Positions 44,620 through 56,053 of a DNA stretch of 64,000 bases are shown here, piece by piece. The translations under genes and the position numbers were made by a program. Each line of letters opens with the position of its first letter. Position 1 is the stretch's first letter. The notes below the pieces were generated by a model. It did not search any database. It worked only from the letters and a program-made list of their open reading frames with translations, and was not told the DNA's origin. The DNA comes from Paramoeba atlantica (Eukaryota > Protista > Discosea), in the NCBI GenBank assembly GCA_977017575.1, contig CDRNVI010000040.1, positions 124,001 to 188,000 on the forward strand. The letters are read 5' to 3'.

Positions 44620-44977
44620 AGGAATCCAAAAGGTGTGCTAACCGTACTTACCCCGTGTGAGGAAAAGAGGGGAGAGAAGCTAAGGAAACCTAGGCGTCCC
44701 TTTCTCTCCATTGCGGTCCCTAAATACGTGGATCGTATACAGTGGGACGGAGGGTAACAGTTTACGGATAAGAGCTTTTTGGCTCTAGGTGGATAGTGTG
44801 TATAGAGTAAATTCACAAGGTGACAATATACAAGCACAATTCTACTAGGATGATTACTCGGAACGAATACGTGAACTTATACGCAATTTTAGTTCGAAAC
44901 TTTGGTGATCGAAACGACAAAAAAGATTTGATTTCTTTTTCAAGAGAATATAACTTATGCATTAAATTAATACGAAC

Positions 44978-45667
44978 ATGTGGAACTGGTTGCCTTGGAA
45001 TTGGTTCCGCTCTTCACCCAATGTGGAGGATTCACAACGAGAACACAAGCGCGTGCTTCGGAGATGTATCCGACAAATGGCTCAACAGGAGAACAAACTT
45101 CGTATAAAGGAGCGTAGGCTCAAAGCAGAGATCGAACGACAGAATCAATCGGACACAACACCAGGGGCTCAAACGGCAGAGCTTGCCGCGATCCGCACCT
45201 TTATCGGGAAAATATCTCGTATTAACAAACAGTTGAATGTTTTGCTCATACGAATGGATATGGTGCAGTCCACACAAGCGATTACGGCAGCCCTCGGTGG
45301 CATATCTCAGGCGCTGTCAAACACAAACCGGAGCCTTCACTCAACCGAAACTCAAAAATCATTGCGTAATTTTGAGGAACAGGCGGCGTTACTGGGTATT
45401 AATGAAATGGCTCTTGCCGACGCGTTAAGCCTAGGGGCTGATGAGATGGCTGAAAACAGTACCGAAGAGGAGGGCAATCGATTACTGGAAGAATTGTCGG
45501 CGGAAGCTCGTCTGTCTTCTACGGCGAATATCTCCCAACCTGTAAGTAGCTCAGCAGGGTCTCCCACTCCAGAGACATCCTCCTCTTCTTTAGCCGATCT
45601 ACGTGCACGTTTAGATTCCTTAAAAGGTCCTTTAAAGAGCCAACGTTGTGAGGCGAGACCAGTGTAG
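44978..45667 (+). CDS. ESCRT-III subunit (VPS2/CHMP2-like)
   Basis: Basic N-terminal helices, RMDMVQST, acidic C-terminal half. Confidence 0.8.
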   Translation: MWNWLPWNWFRSSPNVEDSQREHKRVLRRCIRQMAQQENKLRIKERRLKAEIERQNQSDTTPGAQTAELAAIRTFIGKISRINKQLNVLLIRMDMVQSTQAITAALGGISQALSNTNRSLHSTETQKSLRNFEEQAALLGINEMALADALSLGADEMAENSTEEEGNRLLEELSAEARLSSTANISQPVSSSAGSPTPETSSSSLADLRARLDSLKGPLKSQRCEARPV

Positions 45668-45814
45668 TCATGATTCAATCTCTTGGAATTGCCCCCCTTA
45701 CACTGTACTGTATTCTATTTCATATTTGCCTTTCTATAAGGAGTGAAGTTAGATTCTCGATCAAGACTTGATTTTCGTATGTCGATCGAATCCGTGTATT
45801 CCCGGTGTCACTTA

Positions 45815-45905
45815 TCTCCTCCTTAACTCTACTCTATTTTTTCTAGATTTTCTTTTTCTCTAATCTTTACTTCTACCCACACCCCTTTTTTTCTCCCCGT
45901 CGCCC
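45815..45905 (+). promoter_or_regulatory. Polypyrimidine tract upstream of the Rieske gene (putative trans-splicing signal)
   Basis: Long CT-rich tract before the ATG; similar tracts precede 40534, 44062 and 59130. Confidence 0.5.
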
Positions 45906-46778
45906 ATGCTTCGCCGCACCTTCTCCAAAAGCATGGACCTTCTCATGCGGCAACTCGAGGGTCGTACCCCGCTGACCAAGGGTGACGTCACGGTGCGTTC
46001 CTACGCCGAGGAGTTTGGTCGCCCCGCGGTGAGCCCCACGCTCCATGCCAAGTACGGGTGGGCCGGGAAGTACGCCTCGGAGGAGTACGCCCAGATCAGC
46101 GACCTCGCGACCCGGGACGAGCTCCAACTCAACACTTACCCCCAAGGTGACTCCAAGGGGCTCACGTTCAACATCCACGATGAGAGCACAATCACCACGA
46201 ACTACTACGCCTCCTACGATGAGGAGTTCTTCCGGAAACACATTCTAAAGCCTCGACGGGCGGACCCGGACCGGGACCTGGTGTGTGACTTAGCCCTCAA
46301 CGCCTCACTCACGGGGCTGTTCCTGTTGTGGGTACGGTACCTGATTGCGCCGTTCTATTGGCTGGCCATGCCCCCGATGAAAGCAGTGAACCAGTCCAAT
46401 ATTGAGGTCGATATTGGGGTGCTGGATGAGAAGGAGTGCAAGACGGTGGTGTGGCGGGGGAAGCCGGTGTATGTGTACCACCGTACGGAGGAACAAATCC
46501 GGTTAATGGAGGAAACCCCGATGCGGGATTTAAAGCACCCGGAGAAGGACAGCGATCGGTTTCCGGTGAGGCCGGACCACACGGTGATGATTGCGATCTG
46601 CACCCACCTGGGGTGTATCCCGTTTGCGAATGAGGGGATCTACTCCGGATACTTTTGCCCTTGCCACGGGTCGCACTATGACATCAGTGGTCGGATTCGT
46701 ATGGGACCCGCCCCGCTGAACCTGGAGGTGCCGCCGTACAAGTGGATCGACGACACCACGCTGTATATTGGATCCTAG
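45906..46778 (+). CDS. RISP: Rieske iron-sulfur protein of cytochrome bc1
   Basis: CTHLGC, CPCHGS, GPAPLNL; long kinetoplastid-type N-terminus. Confidence 0.97.
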   Translation: MLRRTFSKSMDLLMRQLEGRTPLTKGDVTVRSYAEEFGRPAVSPTLHAKYGWAGKYASEEYAQISDLATRDELQLNTYPQGDSKGLTFNIHDESTITTNYYASYDEEFFRKHILKPRRADPDRDLVCDLALNASLTGLFLLWVRYLIAPFYWLAMPPMKAVNQSNIEVDIGVLDEKECKTVVWRGKPVYVYHRTEEQIRLMEETPMRDLKHPEKDSDRFPVRPDHTVMIAICTHLGCIPFANEGIYSGYFCPCHGSHYDISGRIRMGPAPLNLEVPPYKWIDDTTLYIGS

Positions 46779-47117
46779 GCCGTCGGCTGTGGTACTTCCC
46801 CTTTCTTTTTATTGAATAGTCGGAAAAGGTGGATAACCCCAGAAAATTCTAAAAAACGAATTCTGATCCAACATTGAAAAATAAGTTTCACAATAAAATA
46901 ACAAAAAAGAAAGAAGATGAGCCACAACTTTTTTAAACATCACATTGTGAATGTAAAGATCTGTAGCACGATTGATTTGTTTACTACCAAGTTCCCAATT
47001 AAGCTTTGCGCATACATGTAAGAAACATAAAACGATTTACCTTATCAAGTAGACACCACTTCGCACAAAAAGATATTTCAGAAAAGCCCTTTTTTTGGAA
47101 TTCTACACGAACTCTCT

Positions 47118-48866
47118 ATGCGTCGCTGGAACTATGGGTTAAAACTGCCCTTCACGCCTCCTTCCCTTCCCCTATGGCGCCTGGGTTCCCTAGCGCGCTA
47201 CTGCTCCGCGGCCGTCCAAGCCGCGAACGCGCTCAAACTCACCATCATCGACAACAGCGGCAAGCATTGCGACGTTTCCGACCCTAAACTTAACCTCCAC
47301 AAGTACAGCGAACTTAACACCCTGGAGTCTAACTTCCCCATCCCTTCGTATTTAACGGACTCCCTCACCACCTCCGGGTTTGTGACCCCCACTACGATCC
47401 AGCGCCACGCGATCCCGATGATGCTTCAAGGCAGTGATCTCATCGGTCTCGCGCCCACCGGCACCGGCAAGACCCTGGCGTTTGCGGTTCCCGCGTTAAT
47501 GCGCGTGGACCCGAGTGAGGCGTGCTGCCAGTGCTTGGTGATATGCCCCACCCGGGAGCTCGCCCAGCAAACCCACCAGGTGTTTGTGAAGCTCACCGCG
47601 GGGAGTGAGCTCAAGGTCGCGATGGCCCACGGAGGTAAGGGAAACTGGGAGTACCAGGCCCGACAGGCGAACAAAGCCCACGTGCTCATCGCCACCCCCG
47701 GTCGCCTGACCGATTTCGCGCGCGAGGGGGTGGTGCACTTCCGGAAGTGCGGATTCGTGGCCATGGACGAGGCCGACCGCCTCCTCGACATGGGCTTTGC
47801 CCCCCAGATCAGCGACATCATGACCTTCTTCAAAGAAAACCCCACCCGCCCGCAAACCCTCATGTGGTCCGCGACCTGGGACGAGAAAGTGCAAACCCTC
47901 GCGGACCGCTACATCTCCTCCAACTACCACATCGTCAGCACGGGCGCCCACGAGACCGGGCACAGCATCAACCCGCTCATCACCCAACGCTTCTACCTCC
48001 TCGGCGACGGCGACACCCCCCCGAGCCGTCTCCCCGCCCTCCTCCAGCTCTACGCCACCCGCACCCTCCTCCCCACCGACAAGGTGCTCGTCTTTGTCGA
48101 GCGCAAGTCCACCGCCACCGCGGTCCACGCCCAGCTCTCCCACCAGCTCAACCACGTGCTCGGGACCCCCCTCCCGCGGTCCTTCGCCGCGTGCATCCAC
48201 GGCGACCGCCCCCAGCACGACCGCGACCGCGCCATCCGCGACTTCCGCGGCCCCGACACCCACGTGCTCGTCGCCACCGACGTCGTCTCCCGCGGGCTCG
48301 ACATCCCGAGCGTCGCCCACGTCGTGAACTTCGAGCTCGGCCGCCACTTCGAGTCCTACGTCCACCGCATCGGGCGCACCGGGCGGAACGGCCAGCGGGG
48401 GTACGCCCACACCCTGCTGAGTCGGGGGGAGGACTGCGGGGTGGGGGTGGCGCTGGAGCGGTTCCTGCAGGTCGCCGGGGTGGAGGTCCCGCCGGGGGTG
48501 GGGGAGATGGCGGAGAGGGGGAGGCGGATGGGCGCCGCGAGGAGGGGCGGGGGGAGGTATGGCGGCGGGGGTGGGGGAGGGGGTGGGGGTGGGGGGGGAA
48601 GGCGACCGGAGGGGTTTGGGGGAGGGGGAGGGGGTGGGGGTGGGGGAAGGCGACCGGAGGGGTTTGGGGGAGGGGGTGGGGGTGGGGGGTATAGGGGTGG
48701 TGGGGGAGGGTATGGAGGGGGACGGGGAGGGGGAGGGGGAGGGGGAGGGGGGTATCGTGGACGAGGTGGTGGGGGAGGGGATCGTGCAAGAGATCGTCAT
48801 GGGGGGTCGGGGTATGGTGGAGGGGAGGGAGGACAGGGAAATCGGGGGTATGAGGTGGATTGGTAA
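47118..48866 (+). CDS. DEAD-box RNA helicase with presequence-like N-terminus and Gly/RGG tail (possibly KREH1/Hel61- or DBP2-like)
   Basis: [30 protein letters not shown]. Confidence 0.9.
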   Translation: MRRWNYGLKLPFTPPSLPLWRLGSLARYCSAAVQAANALKLTIIDNSGKHCDVSDPKLNLHKYSELNTLESNFPIPSYLTDSLTTSGFVTPTTIQRHAIPMMLQGSDLIGLAPTGTGKTLAFAVPALMRVDPSEACCQCLVICPTRELAQQTHQVFVKLTAGSELKVAMAHGGKGNWEYQARQANKAHVLIATPGRLTDFAREGVVHFRKCGFVAMDEADRLLDMGFAPQISDIMTFFKENPTRPQTLMWSATWDEKVQTLADRYISSNYHIVSTGAHETGHSINPLITQRFYLLGDGDTPPSRLPALLQLYATRTLLPTDKVLVFVERKSTATAVHAQLSHQLNHVLGTPLPRSFAACIHGDRPQHDRDRAIRDFRGPDTHVLVATDVVSRGLDIPSVAHVVNFELGRHFESYVHRIGRTGRNGQRGYAHTLLSRGEDCGVGVALERFLQVAGVEVPPGVGEMAERGRRMGAARRGGGRYGGGGGGGGGGGGGRRPEGFGGGGGGGGGGRRPEGFGGGGGGGGYRGGGGGYGGGRGGGGGGGGGYRGRGGGGGDRARDRHGGSGYGGGEGGQGNRGYEVDW

Positions 48867-49270
48867 AAGGGGGAGGGGCATGGGTGATGTGGGGGAGATT
48901 TCCCCGCGGGAAAAATGGGGTTGTGGGTGGTTTAAGGCATTCACCCCGTTCGGAGTGCGTGTCCTGTTTTGGATAAATTTTTGTTTCGTTGTTTTATCGA
49001 GACCGTTAACATGAATGGTCACATTAATTTTGTAATGCAATGCACTCGCCTTTAGCTGAGAGATTTTTTTGAACTCTTGCTGCGGGGGTAGACAAAAAGC
49101 GATATAAAGGTATGATAAATTTTAAGGCATAAAAAACGTTCCTAATTTTAATTATCAATACGAAATACAGTCCAATTCCAAAATTTGGCCGAAACTTTAG
49201 TCTAATTCTATTGCGTACCTCTTCGAATCATTCTTTTTGATCAACTTTTTTCGTAACCGGCTACAAAAAA

Positions 49271-50080
49271 ATGGGAAAAGCTTCAAAGGACAAGCGTGAT
49301 ATTTTTTACCGCAAGGCGAAGGAGGAGGGCTATCGTGCCCGCAGTGGATACAAGCTTCTGCAACTTCTCGAAGAGGTCCCTTTGCTGGATGGCGTCGCTC
49401 GAGCGGTGGATCTGTGCGGTGCCCCAGGAAGCTGGAGCCAAGTACTCGCGGACAGACTATCCAACAACTCTGAGGCTTTGATTGTTACTGTGGATTTACA
49501 GGAGACCGCGCCCATCCCCGGCGTTCACACCATCCAGGGCGATATCACGCGAGACTCCACCGCACGAGAGATCCTGGATTACTTTGAAGGTGTCCCGGCA
49601 GATTTGGTCATTTGCGACGGCGCCCCGGATGTCACGGGACTGCACGAACTGGATGAGTATCTCCAGCATGAGCTACTCCTAAGTGCGGCGGAGATCACCG
49701 CGCGGCTGCTGAAGCCCGGGGGAGACTTTGTGGCGAAAATCTTTCGCGGTAAGAGTACCCCACTGGTTATATCCAAACTCCGTGTGCTGTTCCGACAGGT
49801 GTCCGTGATGAAGCCGCGGGCCTCCAGGACCAGCTCGATGGAGGCATTCGTGGTGGCCCGGGGGTTTTCACCCGCCCCCGAGTATCTCCCCTTTCTTCTG
49901 TCGAAGACAGACACAAAGGTCTACACGACGACACCACTTCCCTATGTCCCCTTCCTACAGTGCGGCGACCTCAGTGGGTACGACGCCGAGGTGTCATATC
50001 CCACCGCGGAGGAGGCGGTGTCGTTAGACCCTATCCATCCACCCATTCCACTGAAAAGTGAGGCAGAGGGCGGGAGTTGA
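49271..50080 (+). CDS. TRM7: tRNA 2'-O-methyltransferase TRM7/FTSJ1
   Basis: MGKASKDKRDIFYRKAKEEGYRARS, VDLCGAPGSWSQ, CDGAPDVTGLH. Confidence 0.93.
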   Translation: MGKASKDKRDIFYRKAKEEGYRARSGYKLLQLLEEVPLLDGVARAVDLCGAPGSWSQVLADRLSNNSEALIVTVDLQETAPIPGVHTIQGDITRDSTAREILDYFEGVPADLVICDGAPDVTGLHELDEYLQHELLLSAAEITARLLKPGGDFVAKIFRGKSTPLVISKLRVLFRQVSVMKPRASRTSSMEAFVVARGFSPAPEYLPFLLSKTDTKVYTTTPLPYVPFLQCGDLSGYDAEVSYPTAEEAVSLDPIHPPIPLKSEAEGGS

Positions 50081-50228
50081 ATGAATGGTTCCCATTTCAT
50101 ATGGTGCGTGTATCGTACTCAGACTTCAGATAAAAACGTAAGGCTATGACACTACACGGCGTTGTCCATTTACATTTCTAAATAAAATAGGCAAAACGAT
50201 TTTCACTACGCACACTCCTATTATTTTT

Positions 50229-50687
50229 ATGGCGGGGTCTCGTGATCGGCCTAGACAAGTGGATTCTCATCGTCCTCCTAAGCTATTTAAATCCTTTTCC
50301 AGCGGGGACAAAGCTAAAGGTTGGGATCCGCGTTTCGAAAGTGATTGCGGAACCTTGCAGCGCCATCATTTCCAGTCGTCGTACAAATTTTTGTTTGACA
50401 AACATCTTGAAGAACAACATAATCTGCAGGAGCAGTTAAAAGAACATCGCACGCGTTTGCGCAATATTAAACAATCAGCGAGAGAGTCTGATGCTCTCTC
50501 TAATATGGAATCACAAGAACAAGTTATAAACCAAATTCGAGATTTGAAGAGCCAAATTGCAAAGTATAGGACCGACTTAAACCTCGAGAAAGGAATCCGA
50601 AATCGGAACAAAAGGAGAAAAGGAAAATCTCCCACGACAGATGAAACAGGTAACAACGATGCAACAACCGTGCCTCGGAAATCTTGA
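50229..50687 (+). CDS. RRP36-like rRNA biogenesis protein (short)
   Basis: DPRFESDCG...FQSSYKFL resembles the RRP36 DPRF motif. Confidence 0.6.
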   Translation: MAGSRDRPRQVDSHRPPKLFKSFSSGDKAKGWDPRFESDCGTLQRHHFQSSYKFLFDKHLEEQHNLQEQLKEHRTRLRNIKQSARESDALSNMESQEQVINQIRDLKSQIAKYRTDLNLEKGIRNRNKRRKGKSPTTDETGNNDATTVPRKS

Positions 50688-51832
50688 AATCTTGCCTTCA
50701 GCTATCCTTTTTGCGTCGCTTAGAAACGTTGCATTGCAAAGTACTTACTGGAGACGATGCGGAACACCGAGGGACACCGATCTCAATGGACCCACACCGA
50801 GGGACTCACCTCTACAGCACTAATCTATAAAAAGAATTTGAACATTTATTCGGTATTCTTCCATAATTATTCACATTTAAATTCAGGGTTCGCAGAAACT
50901 ATAAAACTATCAATAATTTTCTTTTTTAGGCTCTTCGTTAAACGCGGTGGTTGCTTTCAACTTAGAAGTCACTCATGCTGCGCGCTTCGCGTTGAAAACT
51001 ACCGCCGCATTTAACGAAGAGCCTAAAAAAGAAAATTTAGCCTGGAAAACGGAAAGATTATAGCCAAAAATAGCCGAATTTCGGGTACAAATGGGGTCAT
51101 TTTCGCATATTTTTGCTCTCAGAGCACTAAATCCGACATTTGCGCGTGGGAAATCACTCGCAGGCATGAATGAAAGCCTACCGAACGTATTGGGTAGAGA
51201 ATGCGACTCCAACCATACCATTCTTTCGACACAAAAATGCCCCTTTAGGTCCGAAAAATACTTTTTCACCTTTTTTAGTCAAAAATGGGTCATTTTGGGG
51301 GGCGCAGCACAGTTCGAAGAAGTGATACCTTGCAAAAGCAACTGCGGAGAAAGCTAGTGTAGGTCCCAAACTATCAAAATACAATAGGGGAAACCATTTT
51401 GGAAAAATATTTTTTTTGTCATTTTTTCGCCAAGTTGAATTTTTTTTCAAAAAATTTTTTCCGAAAAAATCCGAACTTGGCGGACCCGTCCTGCGGATAC
51501 GCGGGGGGGTCACCCCCGGGTAGGGGGGTGGAAAATGCGCGCCAAGACCCCGGCTACCCTTTCTGCAGTTTTTTTTCGAAAACTAATTTTTTCGAAAAAA
51601 TTTGATCGACCATGCCCCCCCCCCCCTGGACCCCCCCCCTGGACCCCCCCCTGGACCCCCCCCATGGACCCCCCATTTTTTTCAATTTTTTTTTTCAGTT
51701 TTGGACCACCGGAGCCCCCTTTTATATTTTTTTCTTCTATTATATTACTGTGTTCCTCTTTATATTTTCACTGTTTTTGTTCACTTTTTTTTCAATAATC
51801 GAGTGTAGAGCGGTAGTTTTACAACCACCGCA

Positions 51833-52865
51833 ATAGTACTATATAGTTACTATAAACTTTTTTCGAAAACTATAAAAAACTATATTTTTTTGTTTCACAT
51901 TTTAGGCACTCCGAAGCTCACCAACACGCCATAAATACACGGCGAATTCATTTGTGTACGATTTTTCTTATTTTTAAACCCGAAAATTGATGCCCGAAAT
52001 TAAAGTTACGAGAGGTAGTTTCTGCAAAGATTATTTTATTGAACTGCTGCACACGGAGGGAAGTAAACAAGCGGTTGAATGTAACTTGTGTCAGGAGGGG
52101 ACGTACCCCAGTCCCATCGCGTGGCCTTGACAGATTGCCTTGTGCGAATCTTGCGTCCCGAACATCTTCTCACTGCATCGCTGTCGCCGCGCTTTGGCTG
52201 GAGCCACCGACGTTATGTCTTGGGACTGAATAACTGCTGCTCACAATTCTATGAGTTTGAATAAATACAATCATATGAGTCTGAATAAATTACGCGGTGT
52301 GTTGTCGAGTGGAGAGTTTGTACTTCCTATCGTCACTCCTTTCGCATGCGTTTCATTGCTATTTCTGAGGAGATGACACACAAGTTGATGATATTTTTCG
52401 GCGGTGATGGAATCACGGGGAAGAGGGAGCATGTTTCGATAGCTATGTAACCCAGGATAAAGTGGACGAGGGAGGTTCTAAAAGCACCTTTAAACCACCA
52501 CAAAAATAGAATGATATCTCCCGGTTTGTAAAGGATTCCGACGTGCCAAAAGAATCTTTAAGGGACATACCCTTCCATTTTTATGGTGGTTTAAAGGTGC
52601 TTTTAGAACCTCCCTCGTCCACTTTAGCTTGGGTTACATTTTTTTTAGAATTTCTTGTCATATCATACGTATGTAAGCGTGTAAGAACGCATGTAGAGGC
52701 GTGTGTATGTCCTTCACAAGCGGAGAGGACTCAAAAAATATCACTTGTAAATTGAAAAAAACTTTATAGTTTTCTTATAGTTTTATAGTAAAATATAGTA
52801 AATATAGTACTATATAGTAACTATATTCAATGAAAAAAACTATATTTTACTATATTATAGTTTCT
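51833..52865. mobile_element. ~1-kb segment bounded by inverted AT-rich ends, with an internal ~60-bp inverted repeat
   Basis: ATAGTACTATATAGTTACTATA at 51833 and its inverse near 52805; internal IR about 52445-52505 / 52575-52640. Confidence 0.55.
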
Positions 52866-52975
52866 GCGAACCCTGTTTAAATTACTTACACATGGAAAGC
52901 CCAGATGGTGCGCGCCGCGGTGCCAAACTGGTACCGCCGCGGCGTGCGCTCACTGGGTAGGGGGACGAAAATATA

Positions 52976-53311
52976 TACTGTGCCCCCCCCTTTATACTTC
53001 GCTGGTCAGCCCCCCCCCTTTATACTTCATTTTTTGTGTGCACCCCGAAGGGGGGCCGATTTTTTAATTTATTTTTCGCAAATTTTCTAAAACCTTAGAA
53101 AAAAACGAGAACGTTCCCAGTCTTTCCTAGAAATGGAAAGTGATATAGAAGGAAAGACAGGAAAACTGGATGAGGCGCGCCGCGAAGCGGCGCGACCTTT
53201 TTTTGCACTTTTATCTACACTTTGTTTTACAGCGGGGAAAAAATTCCACCCCCCCCCTTTATACTTCGTTACTGATCAAAATGGGCAAAGTATAAAGGGG
53301 GGGACACAGTA
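52976..53311. mobile_element. MITE family B copy
   Basis: Alignable end to end with 22493-22825. Confidence 0.9.
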
Positions 53312-53404
53312 AATTAATATTTTGCACACAAACTTTATCTATTTTTATTACACATTAAATTTAGGTAAAGAATAACACAGATTTAATAATGAACACATCA
53401 GGCG

Positions 53405-54316
53405 ATGACTTTGAATCAGTATACAAAAATTGACCGTATTGGAGAGGGAGCCTATGGCGTTGTACATAAAGCCCGCGATCGAGAGACGGGCAACCTCGTC
53501 GCGCTGAAATGTATTCGACTAGAAAACGATGAGGAAGGAGTTCCGTGCACAGCGATACGAGAAATTAGTCTCCTGAAAGAACTGCGGCACCCCAATTTAG
53601 TACGACTCTACGAAGTCCTCCACAATGAACGAAAACTCACACTTGTGTTTGAATATCTGGATATGGACTTGAGGAAATATTTAGATGAACAAAATGCCTC
53701 GCCTGTGCCTACATCCACGATTAAGCGCATGTCACGTCAGTTGTTGGAGGGGATTGCCTATTGCCACAAACGATGTGTGCTACATAGAGACTTAAAACCT
53801 CAAAATTTGTTAATCAACAAGGCACAGGATCTAAGAATTGGAGATTTTGGACTGGGCAGAGCCTATGGCATCGCAGCTAAGAAATTCACGCACGAAGTGG
53901 TGACGCTATGGTATCGTGCTCCCGATGTGCTACTTGGCAATGGAAATTATGGACCCGCAGTGGATATGTGGTCCGCCGGCTGCATCATGCTCGAGATGAT
54001 AACAGGTGAGCCTGTATTCCCGGGGCAGAACGATGCGGATCAGCTGCTTCGCATTTTCAAATTCCTCGGCGCTCCAAACGATACGTTGTGGCCAAGTATG
54101 CATGAGTATGCAAATTCAGAAAGGACTTTAGCCAAGCCAGAGTTTCGTAGAAACTATGCACCTGAATGTAAGCGCTTTTATGGGTCTTCCAAAGTACGGC
54201 GCATAGGTGCCGACGGAATAGATCTTATTCAAAACTTATTGTTGTATGAGCCTTACCAAAGACTAACGGCCGAGGAAGCATTAGAGCATCCCTATTTTAC
54301 ACAAACCACTGATTGA
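53405..54316 (+). CDS. CRK1: Cyclin-dependent kinase with PCTAIRE helix (CRK1-like)
   Basis: GEGAYG, EEGVPCTAIREISLLKEL, HRDLKPQN, DFG, VVTLWYRAP. Confidence 0.85.
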   Translation: MTLNQYTKIDRIGEGAYGVVHKARDRETGNLVALKCIRLENDEEGVPCTAIREISLLKELRHPNLVRLYEVLHNERKLTLVFEYLDMDLRKYLDEQNASPVPTSTIKRMSRQLLEGIAYCHKRCVLHRDLKPQNLLINKAQDLRIGDFGLGRAYGIAAKKFTHEVVTLWYRAPDVLLGNGNYGPAVDMWSAGCIMLEMITGEPVFPGQNDADQLLRIFKFLGAPNDTLWPSMHEYANSERTLAKPEFRRNYAPECKRFYGSSKVRRIGADGIDLIQNLLLYEPYQRLTAEEALEHPYFTQTTD

Positions 54317-54766
54317 GTATCAGGGAGTCTTTGTGTGGCAAGCCACAAATAGATTGTGAGCCACAGCCTGAGATTTATGCATGTAGGATAGTATGTACAG
54401 GTAAGTTTCGTTGTGTATACATACGTTGTGTATATTGTAGGCGAAGCGATATATTCTATACCTCTACCTTTTTATCAAGAAATATTTTTGTTTACAAGAT
54501 TTTTTTTGTTTTGTGAACCCAATGAGTTTGAATTCGCATAGGTTTACATTTTCATCAAAAATGAATGAAAGACGTGTACGTGGTCAAAATAATGTCTATT
54601 TTCAAGCCCTCAGGAGTAAAATATGGTTTCCTCAGTCATTACTTTTCAGAATAATAGTATCCATTTTTTTTTTAATATTTGTACCCTGAACTCATCACAT
54701 CCCTCCCCTAAATCCTATACCACCCCACCATGCCTCTGTAACCCTCTATCCCCCCTCCCTCCCTCC

Positions 54767-56053
54767 ATGCTCTCCGCCTACTACACCCACCTCGCCCACC
54801 GCGCCCTCCTCCACGACCCCTCCTCCCCCCACGCCCTCCACCGTCTCCTCCTCCTCTCCTCCTTCGACGAGGCCGCGGCCCACACCCTCCTCTCCCACGG
54901 CCTCGCCCCCGATGTCCTCCACCTCCTCCGCGCCCCCTCCACGCCCCCCCCTCCCTCCCCCTCGACCCCAACCCGCGCCCTCCACTTCCTCGCCCACCAC
55001 GCCTTCTACACCCGCGAGCTCGGGGACGCCCTCCTCGACCACCTCATCCCGCTCTGCCAGGCCCTCTCCCTGGCCCCCGCCCGCCCCCCCAAGGTCGCCG
55101 CCGCGGACGCCCTCCTCCATCTCGCCCGCGTCCAGCCCTACCGCTCCGCCCTCCTCCCCCACGCCGAGACCTTCCGGCACCTCCTCCAGACCCGCGACCC
55201 CTTCCACGAGCGCGCCGTCTGCGGCGCCCTCGCCTACGCCTTCTGCGACGACCACCTCGGGGACGCCGTCGCGCGGCTGCAGTACAAAACCGACCTCGTG
55301 AATTACCTCAACCAGGTCTACGTGCGAACCCACGACTTCGCGGCCTGGCGCTACGCCGTGCGCTGTCTCAGCCTCGCGGGGGGGTACAACGAGGACGTCG
55401 GGGACGTGGAGGGGACACGGGGGCTGGTGTGGGGGGTCCAGCGGGCTCTCCCCGAGTTTGTTCTGTTTTTCACGCTCACGTTGGGGTACGCCCGGGTACG
55501 CCACGTGCCGTGGAGGGATTGCTACCGGGTCCACGTGCCGCGGTGGGTGGGGTTTCGCCGCGCCCTGCTCGCGGGGGTCTATGCCGGGGGGCTCGGGGTG
55601 TACACCGGGAGCGCGACCGCGTGGCGGGTGGATGCGCTGCGGCAGGGGTTTGCGGCGCGCCGACAGAGGGAGGAGAGGCGGGTGAGGGGGGCGAGGGGGG
55701 CGGGGAGGGCACACACCCCGGACGATGCTGTCCAGGATCTTACGGAGATTACCCGGGCGGTGAGGAGGCGACAGGCGGTGGGGTATGGGGTGGGGGTGAC
55801 GGGGTTGCTGGTGGCGATGTGCCCCGTGCGTCCGGTGGTGTGGCCGCGGTGGGCGGGGGATGTGAAGTGGCGGTATCCCTGGGGTCCGGTGTTGTTTCCG
55901 CTGCCGTTTGGGGTGCCGGCGCCGAGTAAGCGGCTGATTCCCTATGTGGTGGTGCCGTTTGTCGGCGTGAAGGTTTTGCAGAACACGGTGATGTTTCCGT
56001 GCTCGTTGGCGGATTATTTGGTCAGCACGCAGGGTTCGCAACAGATGGAGTAG
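54767..56053 (+). CDS. Hypothetical helical-repeat membrane protein
   Basis: Long ORF with strong third-position bias and C-terminal hydrophobic segments. Confidence 0.75.
   Translation: MLSAYYTHLAHRALLHDPSSPHALHRLLLLSSFDEAAAHTLLSHGLAPDVLHLLRAPSTPPPPSPSTPTRALHFLAHHAFYTRELGDALLDHLIPLCQALSLAPARPPKVAAADALLHLARVQPYRSALLPHAETFRHLLQTRDPFHERAVCGALAYAFCDDHLGDAVARLQYKTDLVNYLNQVYVRTHDFAAWRYAVRCLSLAGGYNEDVGDVEGTRGLVWGVQRALPEFVLFFTLTLGYARVRHVPWRDCYRVHVPRWVGFRRALLAGVYAGGLGVYTGSATAWRVDALRQGFAARRQREERRVRGARGAGRAHTPDDAVQDLTEITRAVRRRQAVGYGVGVTGLLVAMCPVRPVVWPRWAGDVKWRYPWGPVLFPLPFGVPAPSKRLIPYVVVPFVGVKVLQNTVMFPCSLADYLVSTQGSQQME

Noticed and set aside
47496-49040. Long antisense ORFs (also 40510-41418 and 54746-56140)
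   Set aside because: Shadow frames of GC-rich genes with recognisable sense products.
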